Notes under the pieces: model-generated
Databases searched by the model: none
Seen by the model: only the letters and a program-made list of their open reading frames with translations
What the model was told of the DNA's origin: nothing
Source: Spirochaetia bacterium
GTDB taxonomy: Bacteria > Spirochaetota > Spirochaetia > SZUA-6 > Bin103
DNA: 64,000 nucleotides
Assembly: GCA_965203905.1 (NCBI GenBank)
Contig: CBDBDQ010000005.1
Coordinates: 2,464,001 to 2,528,000 of the forward strand
Reading direction: 5' to 3'
Part shown: positions 36,533-46,552 of the stretch, in pieces
How the letters are laid out: each line of letters opens with the position of its first letter
Numbering within the stretch: position 1 is the first letter of the stretch
Made by a program: the position numbers and the translations under genes

Positions 36533-38026
36533 TCACCCCCGCTGCGCCAGCAGGCGTTGAATCCGCGCCTGGTCGAGCCGCACGAACAGATTGCGCGCGC
36601 GGGTGGGAATGACGCGTCCGGGGGCCGAGCCGGCGGCTGCACGGTCGCCGCTGCGCGGTCGCCGCAGGTACTTCACCTGGGTGTAGTACACGTCCGCCTG
36701 TCCGGCGCCGCGTGCCTTGCTGAAGTACAGGGCGAGGTTGGCCGCGTCGAGGAGCGTTTCCAGCGGCACCGACTTGGCCTGCAGATGACGCACGAACACG
36801 TGTGCCCCGGGATAGTCGCGGCAATGCAGCCAGTAGTCGTTGCCGCGTGCGGCCCGCAGCGTGGCGTCGTTCTGGCGCGCGCTACGCCCCACCAGCAGGG
36901 TGAACGAGCCACTGGTCAGCGTCAGCACGCCGCCGTTGCGGCTTGCGGCGGCAGGCGCGGGGGCGGGCGAGCCGGGTGCGCCCGCCTTGCGCTGGCTCCC
37001 GGCCGCGTGCGGCGCCGCCGGGCCGGGCTCGGCGCTGGGGCCGGCTCCGGCCGCCGCACCTGCCTGCAGCCGCGCCAGCTCCTGCTGCGCCTGCTGCAGC
37101 CGGCGCTCTACGGCCTGCTGCCGCCGCCGGGCCCGTTTGGCGCGTTCGAAGTAAGCTGCCGCATTCTCGGCCGGTGACAGGTTGGGGTCCAGCACAATGC
37201 GCACCTCGGCGCCGCTCTGATAGTCCTCGACCGCCACGCAGTCGGCCCGCGGTTCGATCCGTGTCAGGTTGGCCAGCAACAGGTTGCCCAGGCGCTGCAA
37301 TCGCTCCGCGTCCGCCGCGGCGCGGCGCTCCCGCTGCAGATGCTGCACGAGGCGCCGCGTGCGCCGTTCCGCTGCCGCGCGCTCGCGGGCTGCCAGCCGC
37401 TCCCCGCTGGCGGCGCGCTCCTGCTCCTCCAGCGCGGCGAAGTGACTCTCCACGCGTTCGTTGTAGGTGAGTTCCGTGCTCCCGAAGATCCGCGGTGCCG
37501 CCACCCGGCGCCGGTCATCCGCCCGCGGCTGCCGGCGCGCCAGCAGCTGCTGCAGGTCACGTTCGGGATGGTAGTCGCCGCCACTGACCTCGCCGCGCCG
37601 GGGGCGTCGGAACAGGGCATCGAGGATGCGGCCGCGGGGATCGGTGACGATGCAGTTCGCGGCATTCGCCCACAGCCGCATCCAGACCAGCAGTTCGCCC
37701 CCGCCGCAGGTCACCGCCAGCTTGATGATGCGTTCGGCTCCGAGCTGGCCGGCGGCGGCGACGCGGCCGCCACGCACGTGGGCGCGCATGAAGCTGACGA
37801 ATCTGGGTGCCGCGCCGAGCTGGCGCGGCCGCTGCGCCACGCGGTGCAGCCGGGTATGGCGGGCGCCGAACGAGACCAGCAGCCAGTAGCGCCGGTGCCG
37901 CGGCTGGTACAGCTCGAACACCAACTCGTGATGGGCCGGCTGGCGCACGTCCCGGACGAAGCTGCCGGCGAGCTCAAGCTCTGCCAACACGGCGTCGATC
38001 TCACGCCAGTTCAGACCGGAGCTCAC
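36533..38026 (-). CDS. rqcH: NFACT-family protein (RqcH/FbpA, ribosome quality control)
   Basis: N-terminal NFACT (ERI..L, N.I.TD...ILD), LDP.LS..ENA..YF..AKR, VGRSARQND, WLH.RDYPGAHV, YTQVKYL. Confidence 0.88.
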   Translation of the reverse strand: MSSGLNWREIDAVLAELELAGSFVRDVRQPAHHELVFELYQPRHRRYWLLVSFGARHTRLHRVAQRPRQLGAAPRFVSFMRAHVRGGRVAAAGQLGAERIIKLAVTCGGGELLVWMRLWANAANCIVTDPRGRILDALFRRPRRGEVSGGDYHPERDLQQLLARRQPRADDRRRVAAPRIFGSTELTYNERVESHFAALEEQERAASGERLAARERAAAERRTRRLVQHLQRERRAAADAERLQRLGNLLLANLTRIEPRADCVAVEDYQSGAEVRIVLDPNLSPAENAAAYFERAKRARRRQQAVERRLQQAQQELARLQAGAAAGAGPSAEPGPAAPHAAGSQRKAGAPGSPAPAPAAASRNGGVLTLTSGSFTLLVGRSARQNDATLRAARGNDYWLHCRDYPGAHVFVRHLQAKSVPLETLLDAANLALYFSKARGAGQADVYYTQVKYLRRPRSGDRAAAGSAPGRVIPTRARNLFVRLDQARIQRLLAQRG

Positions 38027-38068
38027 CGCCGCACGGCCGCCTGGGCCGGCCGCGCCGCCGGCGCCCGC

Positions 38069-38620
38069 TCAGGGTGCCGCGACCGCGTCCAGGAAGCAGC
38101 GTTCATCGGCCTCACTGAAAAAGATCAGGTGCACCCGGCGTGGCGTCCGGTGGGCGCCGAGGAACTCCTTGATCACTTCGTACGCCGCCTGTGCGGCCAG
38201 GGCGGGAGGGTAGCCGAACACGCCGGTGGAGATGGCCGGAAACGCCACCTCGGTCACCCGGTGCTCGGCCCCCAGCAGCAGGCTGTTGCGGTACGCGGCA
38301 CGCAGCAGCTCCGGTTCGCCGCGGTCGCCACCGTGCCACACCGGACCCACGGTGTGGATCACGTGGTCGGCGGGCAGGAGCCCGCCGTCGGTCATCACCG
38401 CCGCGCCGGTCGGCAGCCCCTGCGGGTAGCGGGAGCGGCGAATCTCGCGGCACTGCTCCAGGATCCGCGGGCCGCCGCGGCGATGTATGGCGCCGTCCAC
38501 TCCACCGCCGCCGAGCAGCGAGCTGTTGGCGGCGTTGACGATGGCGCACGGCGCCGTCCCGCGAAACTCGGTGATGTCGCCGCGCGCCACCACCAGGCGC
38601 CCATCCGCAAACGTGCTCAT
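38069..38620 (-). CDS. macro-domain O-acetyl-ADP-ribose deacetylase (YmdB-like)
   Basis: GDIT, AIVNAANSSLLGGGGVDGAIH, VIHTVGP, AFPAISTGVFGYP; start ATG 38620. Confidence 0.93.
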   Translation of the reverse strand: MSTFADGRLVVARGDITEFRGTAPCAIVNAANSSLLGGGGVDGAIHRRGGPRILEQCREIRRSRYPQGLPTGAAVMTDGGLLPADHVIHTVGPVWHGGDRGEPELLRAAYRNSLLLGAEHRVTEVAFPAISTGVFGYPPALAAQAAYEVIKEFLGAHRTPRRVHLIFFSEADERCFLDAVAAP

Positions 38621-38773
38621 GGCTCGACAGTGTGACACGACCGCGGCATCCGCGCATCCGGCCAGCGGGTGATGCCCGTGGTCGACGCGTGAACGGAGCG
38701 TCCGAAAGGTAAACGAATGTAAAGAACGAACCACGACCCGCGCCCACTGTCGCGGGTTGCGCCGGGCTGAAGG

Positions 38774-40159
38774 ATGGCACTGATCTTGCTTCGTGCCTGC
38801 ATGCTGTCTTTCGCCGGACTCGCCCGACGCGCGGACCAGGACGGTCCGCTGCGACGCACCGCGACCCTGGTGGCGGTCGCCGGACTCCTGTTCGGCTGGC
38901 CGCCGGTCGCCGCCGGCCAAGCGCCGCTGACCGCCCCGGCCGTGACCACGCGCGTTGCGGTCGACGGTGACGGTGTGGCCCTGCAGGCGCGGCTGCTGCA
39001 GCAGGCCGAGTGGGGTCGGGGACTCGCCGTGCTGACTGCCGGTGATGCCCCCGACGCGCCGTTGGCGGTGGTGCTGGGGTTGGAGACCGGGGGCGCGGTC
39101 GCGGGACCGGTTGCCGCCACCGGTGCCTGGCGCGAGCTGGCCGCCGTGCACGGCCACGACGCCGGCAGCAGCGTATTTCATGAAGCGACCGGACTGCGCC
39201 TGCGCAGCGGCCTCGAACCGGGCACGCAGCGCGGCGTACAACTGCGGCCGACGCCGGGATTCGCGGTTGCCGGATTCCACCGCCTCGGCGCCGCCGGCAC
39301 GGCCCGCCAGCCGCCGACCATCGGGCTGGTGGCTTCCCCCGCTTCCGGATCGCCGCTGCAGGCGGAGGCGTATGCAGCGTTGCGCACGGAGGCGGCGCCG
39401 GAACGGCCGCCGGCCTGGGTGCTGGAGGCGGCGCCGTTTCCCGGCGGGGTCCTGGCACTGGCGGGAGTCCGGCTCGGGCTGAGCGGCCCCGGTGCGGGCC
39501 TGTGGGCAGGTGCCAATGTGTCGGCGGGCCCGCGCGTGCCGGCGGGCGGGTACGCGCGGGTGGCGGCCCGTGGTGACCTGGGGCTGGGGGAACTGAGGGC
39601 CGTGATCACGGTGGCCGGGCGCGGTTATCGCGACCTGACCGGTGCCGCCGCCGCCGCGCCGCTGGCCTGGGCATTGCAGTTCCGCGGTGCCGCGGGCACG
39701 GCCGCATGGAAGCTCAGGTACCGGGTGGACGCACGCGGCGAGGAGCTGACGCCGGCGTGGCCCGCGCCGCTTCGCGAGGAGCCGCCGCCGCGTGAGCTGG
39801 CACTTGCCGTTACGCCGGTGCTGTCGCTGGGCGAATGGACGCTCAGTGCGACCGGTCGGGTCGAGGTCGCTGCCACGGACCCGGCCTTCTCCGCCGCTGC
39901 CCGGCTGGCGGGCAAACCGGGCAGCCTGGCGGTGACCTGGCGCGGCGGCAGCCGCGGCCGCCTGCGGGTGCGCGGCGCCGTGACTGCTGCCGCCGTGACC
40001 GCGGAGGCCGCGCTGACCGCTGCCGGCGGCACGGTCAGCGCCGAACTGGGCCTCGGGCTGCGAACGTCCGAGTTTACCCTGCGGGCGGACCTTCGCAAGC
40101 TGGGCCTGGCGCCGCCGGTGGGGCCCGCTGCCAGCATCACGTTCACGGCTCCCGGCTGA
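38774..40159 (+). CDS. exported hypothetical protein, possibly outer-membrane beta-rich
   Basis: Signal-like N-terminus and alternating hydrophobic strands; fills the gap before cysS. Confidence 0.5.
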   Translation: MALILLRACMLSFAGLARRADQDGPLRRTATLVAVAGLLFGWPPVAAGQAPLTAPAVTTRVAVDGDGVALQARLLQQAEWGRGLAVLTAGDAPDAPLAVVLGLETGGAVAGPVAATGAWRELAAVHGHDAGSSVFHEATGLRLRSGLEPGTQRGVQLRPTPGFAVAGFHRLGAAGTARQPPTIGLVASPASGSPLQAEAYAALRTEAAPERPPAWVLEAAPFPGGVLALAGVRLGLSGPGAGLWAGANVSAGPRVPAGGYARVAARGDLGLGELRAVITVAGRGYRDLTGAAAAAPLAWALQFRGAAGTAAWKLRYRVDARGEELTPAWPAPLREEPPPRELALAVTPVLSLGEWTLSATGRVEVAATDPAFSAAARLAGKPGSLAVTWRGGSRGRLRVRGAVTAAAVTAEAALTAAGGTVSAELGLGLRTSEFTLRADLRKLGLAPPVGPAASITFTAPG

Positions 40160-40228
40160 CCCGCTCCGGTCGAGTTCCGCGTTGAAGTCGGGCCGGGCGG
40201 CGGTGTAGGGTGCGGGCGGAAATCCGGC

Positions 40229-41680
40229 ATGCCTACCCTGCGAATCTTCAACACCCTCGGCCGCGAGGTGCAGGAATTCGTGCCCCGTACGGAGGGCACC
40301 GTGCGGCTTTACTCGTGCGGTCCCACGGTCTACGACTATGCCACGATCGGCAACTTCCGCACCTTCATCTTCGTCGACGTGCTGCGCCGTACGCTGTCTG
40401 CCCTCGGCTACGAGGTGCGCCACATGATGAACATCACCGACGTCGGGCACCTCGCCAGCGACGCCGACGAGGGCGAGGACAAGATGGTGGCCGGCGCGCG
40501 CCGCGAGGGCACCACGGTATGGGAGACCGCGGCGTTCTACACCGAGCGGTTCTTCGCCGATGGCACCGCCCTCAACCTGCTCCGTCCGCACGTGGTGGCC
40601 AAGGCCACCGACCACATCCCCGACATGATCGCGCTGATCCGGCGTCTGGAGGAGCGCGGATTCACCTACGTGGCCGGCGGCAACGTGTTCTTCGACGTGG
40701 CCCGGTTTGCTCGCTACGGCGAGTTGGCGCTGCTTGACCGCCAGATGCTGCAGGCCGGAGCTCGTATCAGCGTGGACCAGTCGAAGCGCAATCCCGAGGA
40801 CTTCGGCCTCTGGTTCACCCGGTCGAAGTTCGAGAATCAGGCGATGATCTGGGACTCGCCCTGGGGGCGCGGCTATCCGGGCTGGCACATCGAGTGCAGC
40901 GCCATGGCGATGCGCTATCTGCAGCAGCAATTCGACATCCACTGCGGTGGCATCGACCTGATACCGGTGCACCACACCAACGAGATCGCCCAGGCCGAGG
41001 CGGCCCTGGGGATCGAGCCGCAATCCGCCGAGCGTTGGGTCAACTACTGGTGTCACGGCGAGTTCCTGATGGTGAACGGGGCCAAGATGTCCAAGTCGAA
41101 GGGCAACTGGGTGACCATCGGTCAGCTCCAGGAGCAGGGCTACGACGCCCTGGATTTCCGCTTCTTCGTACTCGGCGCCCATTACCGCGCGCATCAGAAC
41201 TTCACCCTGCGGGCACTGGCCGCGGCACGGAGCGCCAGGCTGGGTCTGATCGCCCGCGTCGCGGAGCTGGCGCGGCGGGCAGGCTGCGACCTCCGTGCAC
41301 TGGAACCCGCCGACGCCTGCCATCCGGCGGTGCGCGAGGCGCTGGGCCATGCGGCCACCGATCTGGCCATGCCGCGCGTATTGGCGAGCCTGTGGCAACT
41401 GGTCAAGGGTGACGAGGGCGATCCGGAGCAGTCGTTGCGGGCGGTGGCGGCGATCGACGGAATTCTGGGCCTGCGGCTGTTGCCGACGGCGGCGGCCTCC
41501 GGGAGTGCCGATGACGCCGATCCCGCAGTCGATGCCCTGGTGCGGGAGCGGGAGGCGGCACGCCGGCGCCGCGATTACGACCGCGCCGACGTGATCCGTG
41601 CGGAGCTGGCGCAGCGCGGAATCGAGTTGCGGGACACCCCGAGCGGCACGGTATGGAAGCGCTCCGGCGGCGCGGAGTAG
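40229..41680 (+). CDS. cysS: cysteine--tRNA ligase
   Basis: YSCGPTVY, NITDVGH, WDSPWG.GYPGWHIECS, HHTNE.AQ, KMSKS. Confidence 0.97.
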   Translation: MPTLRIFNTLGREVQEFVPRTEGTVRLYSCGPTVYDYATIGNFRTFIFVDVLRRTLSALGYEVRHMMNITDVGHLASDADEGEDKMVAGARREGTTVWETAAFYTERFFADGTALNLLRPHVVAKATDHIPDMIALIRRLEERGFTYVAGGNVFFDVARFARYGELALLDRQMLQAGARISVDQSKRNPEDFGLWFTRSKFENQAMIWDSPWGRGYPGWHIECSAMAMRYLQQQFDIHCGGIDLIPVHHTNEIAQAEAALGIEPQSAERWVNYWCHGEFLMVNGAKMSKSKGNWVTIGQLQEQGYDALDFRFFVLGAHYRAHQNFTLRALAAARSARLGLIARVAELARRAGCDLRALEPADACHPAVREALGHAATDLAMPRVLASLWQLVKGDEGDPEQSLRAVAAIDGILGLRLLPTAAASGSADDADPAVDALVREREAARRRRDYDRADVIRAELAQRGIELRDTPSGTVWKRSGGAE

Positions 41681-41713
41681 GCCGGGTGCGGTGGAGAATA
41701 TGTGTGGCGGGTC

Positions 41714-41742
41714 TGTAACCTATGCCCGCTAGAGTTGTTTTT
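41714..41742 (+). promoter_or_regulatory. candidate ECF-sigma autoregulatory promoter
   Basis: TGTAAC followed about 15-18 nt later by GTTGTT, upstream of the ECF sigma gene. Confidence 0.4.
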
Positions 41743-41789
41743 CTATGCGGCGACCGGAATGCCGGCCACAGCGACGGGATGGGGACGGG

Positions 41790-42302
41790 ATGAGGGAGTA
41801 CGATTTCGATCGTGTCTATCAGGAGCTGTTCCCGACCGTGTTTCGCGTGGCGTTTCGGATCGCCGGCGATCGTGGTTTAGCTGAGGATCTCGCCCACGAG
41901 GCGTTTCTGCGACTGATCAGGAGGGAAACGCCGTTGCCCGACATTGACCAGACCAGGTACTGGCTGTTGCGGGTGGTTCGGAACTTGTCGCTCAACCACG
42001 AAAAACGTCGCCAACGGGAACGCCGCGCAGTGGGCCGTCTCGAGGGTGACACCGAAACCTTTGCGTTGCCCGCCGACGCCGCCCTGATGAAGGCGGCTAC
42101 GCGGGACGCGGTTCAGGAGGCACTGAACGCACTTCCGCACAACATGCGCACCGCGCTGGTCCTGCGGGAGTTCGTCGGCATGAGCTACCGAGAAATAAGC
42201 TCGGTGCTGGGGATCAGCGAAAGCAACGTCAAGGTGCGGCTGCATCGCGCTCGCCAGCAACTCGCCAAACGGCTGTCCCCCGGGGTGCCTCATGTGCCCT
42301 GA
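41790..42302 (+). CDS. ECF (sigma-70 family) RNA polymerase sigma factor
   Basis: AEDL..EAF, WL.RV..NL..N, LP...R..L.LR....MSY.EI...LG.SE..VK.RL.RAR. Confidence 0.93.
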   Translation: MREYDFDRVYQELFPTVFRVAFRIAGDRGLAEDLAHEAFLRLIRRETPLPDIDQTRYWLLRVVRNLSLNHEKRRQRERRAVGRLEGDTETFALPADAALMKAATRDAVQEALNALPHNMRTALVLREFVGMSYREISSVLGISESNVKVRLHRARQQLAKRLSPGVPHVP

Positions 42303-42849
42303 GCGCGCACTGCTGTCGCCGTACGTCGACGGTGAACTGGATCTGCGCAAGGCGCAGCGGGTCGAGGCGCACGTAGCCGGATGCGACAGCTGTCGCCTGC
42401 GCCTGCGCGCCTACCAGCGGGTGAGCCACGCTCTTCTGGAGAGCCACGAGCCGGACGTACACGCCGCCGGGGACCGCGTATGGCGGCGTCTGGACCTGGC
42501 CCTGCAGGCGGCCCGTCGCCAGGCGTCGTTCTGGACCCGAGGGATACGCGTCACCGCACCGGTTGCGGTGGCGGCCATGGTGGGTGTCACGCTGTTGATC
42601 ACCAGCGTGGCGCTCTGGGCACGCATCAGCGATACCCGCAGCGGGCTGGCGAACCTCGACGCCGCGGGAGTGTCCCGTGCCAGCGCTCCGGCCGAGATCG
42701 AGCCGTGGCCGACGCAGGGTGCGATCGTCATTCAGTTGCCGGCCGAGTCGCAGTTTCTCCAGCTCGGCACCCCGGCGATCCTGCGGGAAGCGGAGCTGGC
42801 GCAGGTCGCCGGGCTGGAGTTGGCACCGGGAGACGCAGAGTCGCGATGA
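42292..42849 (+). CDS. zinc-finger (zf-HC2) anti-sigma factor with TM helix
   Basis: C....LS.Y.DGEL.......H...C..C followed by a TM segment. Confidence 0.88.
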   Translation: MCPERALLSPYVDGELDLRKAQRVEAHVAGCDSCRLRLRAYQRVSHALLESHEPDVHAAGDRVWRRLDLALQAARRQASFWTRGIRVTAPVAVAAMVGVTLLITSVALWARISDTRSGLANLDAAGVSRASAPAEIEPWPTQGAIVIQLPAESQFLQLGTPAILREAELAQVAGLELAPGDAESR

Positions 42850-43469
42850 GTCGGCACGGTCACTCCGTGACACGGAAGGCGATGAAATCCGATGCACTGA
42901 CATCGTCTGCTGGCCGACATTTTCGGGTCAGTGCTCTCCCGACACCCGCGGCTGTAGTCCTCCGCCTGCCGGTTACGGTACTGGCGGCGGTGACCCTGGT
43001 GGCGGTCGCGATAGCCGGCGCTGAATCGCAGCCTCCAGGCAGCATCGAGGACGCACTGCGCTCGGCGTTGGATGACAAACTGGAAATCAAGATCGGACTG
43101 TCGCTGACGCAAGCCGATCAGTACACCACCTGGAACACGCAGCAGTCCGAACTCACCATCTCCGGCCGTTCCGTGAACGTGGAGGTGACCGGCAGCAACA
43201 TCCGCATTCACGCCGTGTTCACCCCCTACCTTGACGACGCCGGCGATCTCGAACTGGTGGCTCAGGGGCAGGTGTGGCTGGACGATGGCCCCGCGGCGCC
43301 GGCCCGGTACGTTGCCACGTATCGTAGCGTGCCCCTCTCGTTGGGCGAAAAACTGCTCTTCTTCCCGCTTGGCATCTCCGGCGACGTGGTCGATGAGGTG
43401 ACGCTGAAGCTGGAGGTCGAGATCGTCCGGTACCAGCCCGCTGCCGGCACCAGGATGGCCGGTCGTTAG
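42846..43469 (+). CDS. exported hypothetical protein in the ECF operon (start uncertain)
   Basis: ATGA overlap with the anti-sigma gene; hydrophobic signal then a beta-rich domain (LTISGR.V, AQGQVW, FFPLG). Confidence 0.65.
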   Translation: MSRHGHSVTRKAMKSDALTSSAGRHFRVSALPTPAAVVLRLPVTVLAAVTLVAVAIAGAESQPPGSIEDALRSALDDKLEIKIGLSLTQADQYTTWNTQQSELTISGRSVNVEVTGSNIRIHAVFTPYLDDAGDLELVAQGQVWLDDGPAAPARYVATYRSVPLSLGEKLLFFPLGISGDVVDEVTLKLEVEIVRYQPAAGTRMAGR

Positions 43470-43634
43470 GAGTCTGTTCGATTGCGACAGACCACTGACG
43501 GCGCAGAAGGGCGACGCTCGGGGGGCACAGGCGAATGGTCGGCAGCGCCGAAGCGGGGCGCCGGCGCCGGTTCTCCGGCTCCAGTCTGACCGGCCGTCGC
43601 CAACGGCAGCCGCCGCTGACCTCCGCGGCCACCC

Positions 43635-45278
43635 ATGCGCATACCATCGCTGTCACCGCCGGCGCGCGCGCTGGTTCCCATCGTGGCGCTGGTCGTGCTG
43701 CTCGCCGTGCTGCTTGCCGGTTCGGCCGGCCGCCGTCCGGTGATCGACGCCGCCGACCCGCGCATCGGCCGGGGCGGCGACCCGCTGATCGTGACCGGCC
43801 GCAACTTCGGCGCCGAACGCAACGGGGGATACGTAGAAATCGCCGGCGTGACCCCGCGCAGCAACGCCTATCTGGAGTGGAGCGACAGCCGCATCAGCGT
43901 GCGCGTGCCGCGGGAGGTCAGGTCGGGATTCGTGCACGTCGTGGTGGGTGGCAACCGCAGCAACGGCGTCCTGTTCGCCAATCGCGACTTCCTGCCGGCG
44001 GTCGTGACCGGACCGGCCGCCGCCGGCCAGCCGCTGATCGCCGCGACCGACAAGTCGCGCGCCGCGGTCGGTGAGCTGGTCGTCATCAGTGGCAAGCACT
44101 TCGGTCTGCAGCGCGGCACCTCGGCGGTGCTGTTCACCTGGCTCGCCGGCGACCCGGTGCTTCCCGGCGTCGGAGAGCCCGGCGTCATCGCGGCCGACGA
44201 GTACGATCTGGACTACGAGAGCTGGTCGGACACCGAAATCCGGGTGCGCGTGCCCGATGGCGCCGCCACCGGCAACGTCGTGGTGCGCACCGACAAGGGT
44301 CTCAGCAATGAGGTGTTCTTCGAGGTCAGCTCCAACGTCGGGAGCAAACGTTATGCCGCGCGCCGAACCTATTCGGTACGGGTAGACTCGTCAGTCGCCA
44401 ACATTCGCGCGGTGCGCCCCAACGAGCTGTACCTGTGGGTGCCGCGCGTGTGGCAGTCGCCGGCGCAGCGCAACGTGCGCCTGGTGTACCGCGAGCCCGA
44501 ACCCCTGTACGACAACGTGGCAGGGGTCACGGTCTACCACTTCAGCGACCTGGTCCCCGGTGGGGTATACGACGTCACGCAACACTTCATCTTCGAACGC
44601 TACGCCATCGAGACGGTGGTTGCGAGCGGCCGGGTGGCGGAGTACGACACCGCGGCCCGTGCCTACCGCACCTTTACCGCGGCGGACGCGCTGGTTCCCG
44701 CGGACCACCAGCAGGTAACCGCGCTGGCGGAGCGCCTCAGCCGCGGCCGGAGCAATCCGTGGCAACGCGCCCGCGCCATCTACGATGGGGTGCTCGCGCG
44801 CCTGACCTATCGCGCGCAGGGGGCTTCCGATCCGGCCGCAGCGCTCAGCGAAGGCATCGGCAATGCATACGATTTCGCCCTGCTCTACACCGCTCTGCTG
44901 CGCGCTGCCGGTGTCCCCGCCCGCCCCATCGCGGGCTATGTCGTCGAGTCCCCCGAGCGCGTGCATGCCCACTTCTGGGCCGAGTTCTACCTGCATCGCT
45001 TCGGCTGGGTGCCGGTCGATCCCGCCCTCGGCGCCGGCGCTCCACTGGTGGGTCTCGAGAACGACCTCGATCCTGCGGAGTTCTACTTCGGCAATCTCGA
45101 CAATCGCCATCTGGCCCTCTCCAAGGGAGTGCTGGCCACCGGCAAGATCGACCCGGCCGGCAGGACGGTTCGGCGCTCCCACCTCGGCACGCTGCAGCTG
45201 CATCACGAGGAGGCGGTGGGCGGGCTCACTTCCTACAGCGCGCGCTGGAATGGAATATCGATCCTGGGCGTGTATTGA
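43635..45278 (+). CDS. IPT/TIG-domain protein with transglutaminase-like C-terminal domain
   Basis: Two IPT repeats (ITG.NFG, WSD..I...VP, SN...F); ALLRAAGVPAR, HFWAEFY, GWVPVDP. Confidence 0.88.
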   Translation: MRIPSLSPPARALVPIVALVVLLAVLLAGSAGRRPVIDAADPRIGRGGDPLIVTGRNFGAERNGGYVEIAGVTPRSNAYLEWSDSRISVRVPREVRSGFVHVVVGGNRSNGVLFANRDFLPAVVTGPAAAGQPLIAATDKSRAAVGELVVISGKHFGLQRGTSAVLFTWLAGDPVLPGVGEPGVIAADEYDLDYESWSDTEIRVRVPDGAATGNVVVRTDKGLSNEVFFEVSSNVGSKRYAARRTYSVRVDSSVANIRAVRPNELYLWVPRVWQSPAQRNVRLVYREPEPLYDNVAGVTVYHFSDLVPGGVYDVTQHFIFERYAIETVVASGRVAEYDTAARAYRTFTAADALVPADHQQVTALAERLSRGRSNPWQRARAIYDGVLARLTYRAQGASDPAAALSEGIGNAYDFALLYTALLRAAGVPARPIAGYVVESPERVHAHFWAEFYLHRFGWVPVDPALGAGAPLVGLENDLDPAEFYFGNLDNRHLALSKGVLATGKIDPAGRTVRRSHLGTLQLHHEEAVGGLTSYSARWNGISILGVY

Positions 45279-45437
45279 AGGTCGATCCGGGCGCCGCATC
45301 GCCGCCGCATCGCCGCATCCCGCCGCCTCGACAGGCGCGCGCGGGCGTGGCACGATCTGCCCGCCCATGGCGCATCGGAAACCATCGTCAGGCGGCACCG
45401 GCCGGGCATCGAATCCGGACGCCGACCGGTCCACGCA

Positions 45438-46376
45438 GTGACCGCGCCGGCGCGGTGGTCGACCACCGCTGCAACGTACCGTGATGGAGAGCCGCGGGGC
45501 GACGCCATTCGGGCCCTGGCGCTCGACCTCGACGGAACGCTGCTGACCAGCGACAAGAGGGTTTCCGCGGACTCCCGGGCAACGCTGCACGCGCTGCTGG
45601 CGCGCAACCTGAAGATCGTGGTGGTCACCGGCAAGGCGCCGCGGCTCAGTGCCCGCTGTCTGGCGCCTCTCGACCTGCCGATGGTGTGCCTCGATGGTGC
45701 GGTGCACGTGGCGGCAGGCGTCGAGCGGTGGGTGCCCGCCACCACCATCGCCACCTCGCTGGCCGAGGAGGTGCTGGCGGCCAGCGACGCGCCGTGCTAC
45801 GTGCTCGCCGCCGGCACCACGTTGGTACGCGGCGCAGTCGAGGAGGCGCAGTTCAGCGACTGGTCCGACCGCGTCTCACCGCTGACCTCGTCGCGGTCGC
45901 TGCGGTGCGTCACCCACATGGTGTTCCCACACCGTGACCGCGGGCTGCTGACCAGTCTGGCACGCCGGGTGCAACAGCTCGAGCGGCGGCTCGGTGGCGC
46001 CGAACTCGGCATCCACGTTACCGACGAGCCGTTCTTCGGCAACTACAGTCTGTTCATACGTCGTGCCGGCTGCACCAAGCTGCGTGGCATGCAGTCCCTG
46101 GCCCGGCGGCTGCGCTTCTCCCTCGGCGAGATCATGTTCATCGGTGACTGGGTGAACGACATCCCGCTGCTGCGCGAGGTGGGGTTCCCGGTGGCCATGC
46201 GCCACGCGCCGCCCCCGGTCAGCTCGTGCGCCCGTGCCATGACCCTGTTCGGCAACGACGAGGAAGGCGTAGGTCGTTTCCTGCGGGCCTACTTCGCCAT
46301 CGTTCCCGGCGCCGGTGTGTCCCGCACGAGAGCAGCGGAAGGGGCGCCGGCGGCCGCGTCACGCGGACGCTGCTGA
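45438..46376 (+). CDS. Cof-type HAD-superfamily hydrolase
   Basis: ALDLDGTLL, VVTGK, K..G, IGDWVNDIPL, NDEEGV. Confidence 0.88.
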   Translation: MTAPARWSTTAATYRDGEPRGDAIRALALDLDGTLLTSDKRVSADSRATLHALLARNLKIVVVTGKAPRLSARCLAPLDLPMVCLDGAVHVAAGVERWVPATTIATSLAEEVLAASDAPCYVLAAGTTLVRGAVEEAQFSDWSDRVSPLTSSRSLRCVTHMVFPHRDRGLLTSLARRVQQLERRLGGAELGIHVTDEPFFGNYSLFIRRAGCTKLRGMQSLARRLRFSLGEIMFIGDWVNDIPLLREVGFPVAMRHAPPPVSSCARAMTLFGNDEEGVGRFLRAYFAIVPGAGVSRTRAAEGAPAAASRGRC

Positions 46377-46438
46377 TTTGCCCGGCCCGGAGGAGCTTGC
46401 CCGATGACCGCTGCCGGCAGGCGGCGCGGCTCCGGGAA

Positions 46439-46510
46439 AGGCGCCGACCGGAATCGAACCGGTGTATAAAGGTTTTGCAGACCTCTCCCTTACCACTTGG
46501 GTACGGCGCC
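46439..46510 (-). tRNA. tRNA-Cys(GCA), CCA not encoded
   Basis: Reverse complement GGCGCCGTACCCAAGTGGTAAGGGAGAGGTCTGCAAAACCTTTATACACCGGTTCGATTCCGGTCGGCGCCT. Confidence 0.97.
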
Positions 46511-46552
46511 ACGGTTGCCCAGAAGTTAGAAAATGTCATAGGCTTTGTAAAG

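Noticed and set aside
38069-41398. 1109-aa minus-strand ORF
   Set aside because: Only the last 183 aa (macro domain) look real; the rest is an antisense shadow of cysS and the 38774 ORF
46226-46552. 5' extension of the ORF before pdhA
   Set aside because: Runs through the HAD gene end and tRNA-Cys
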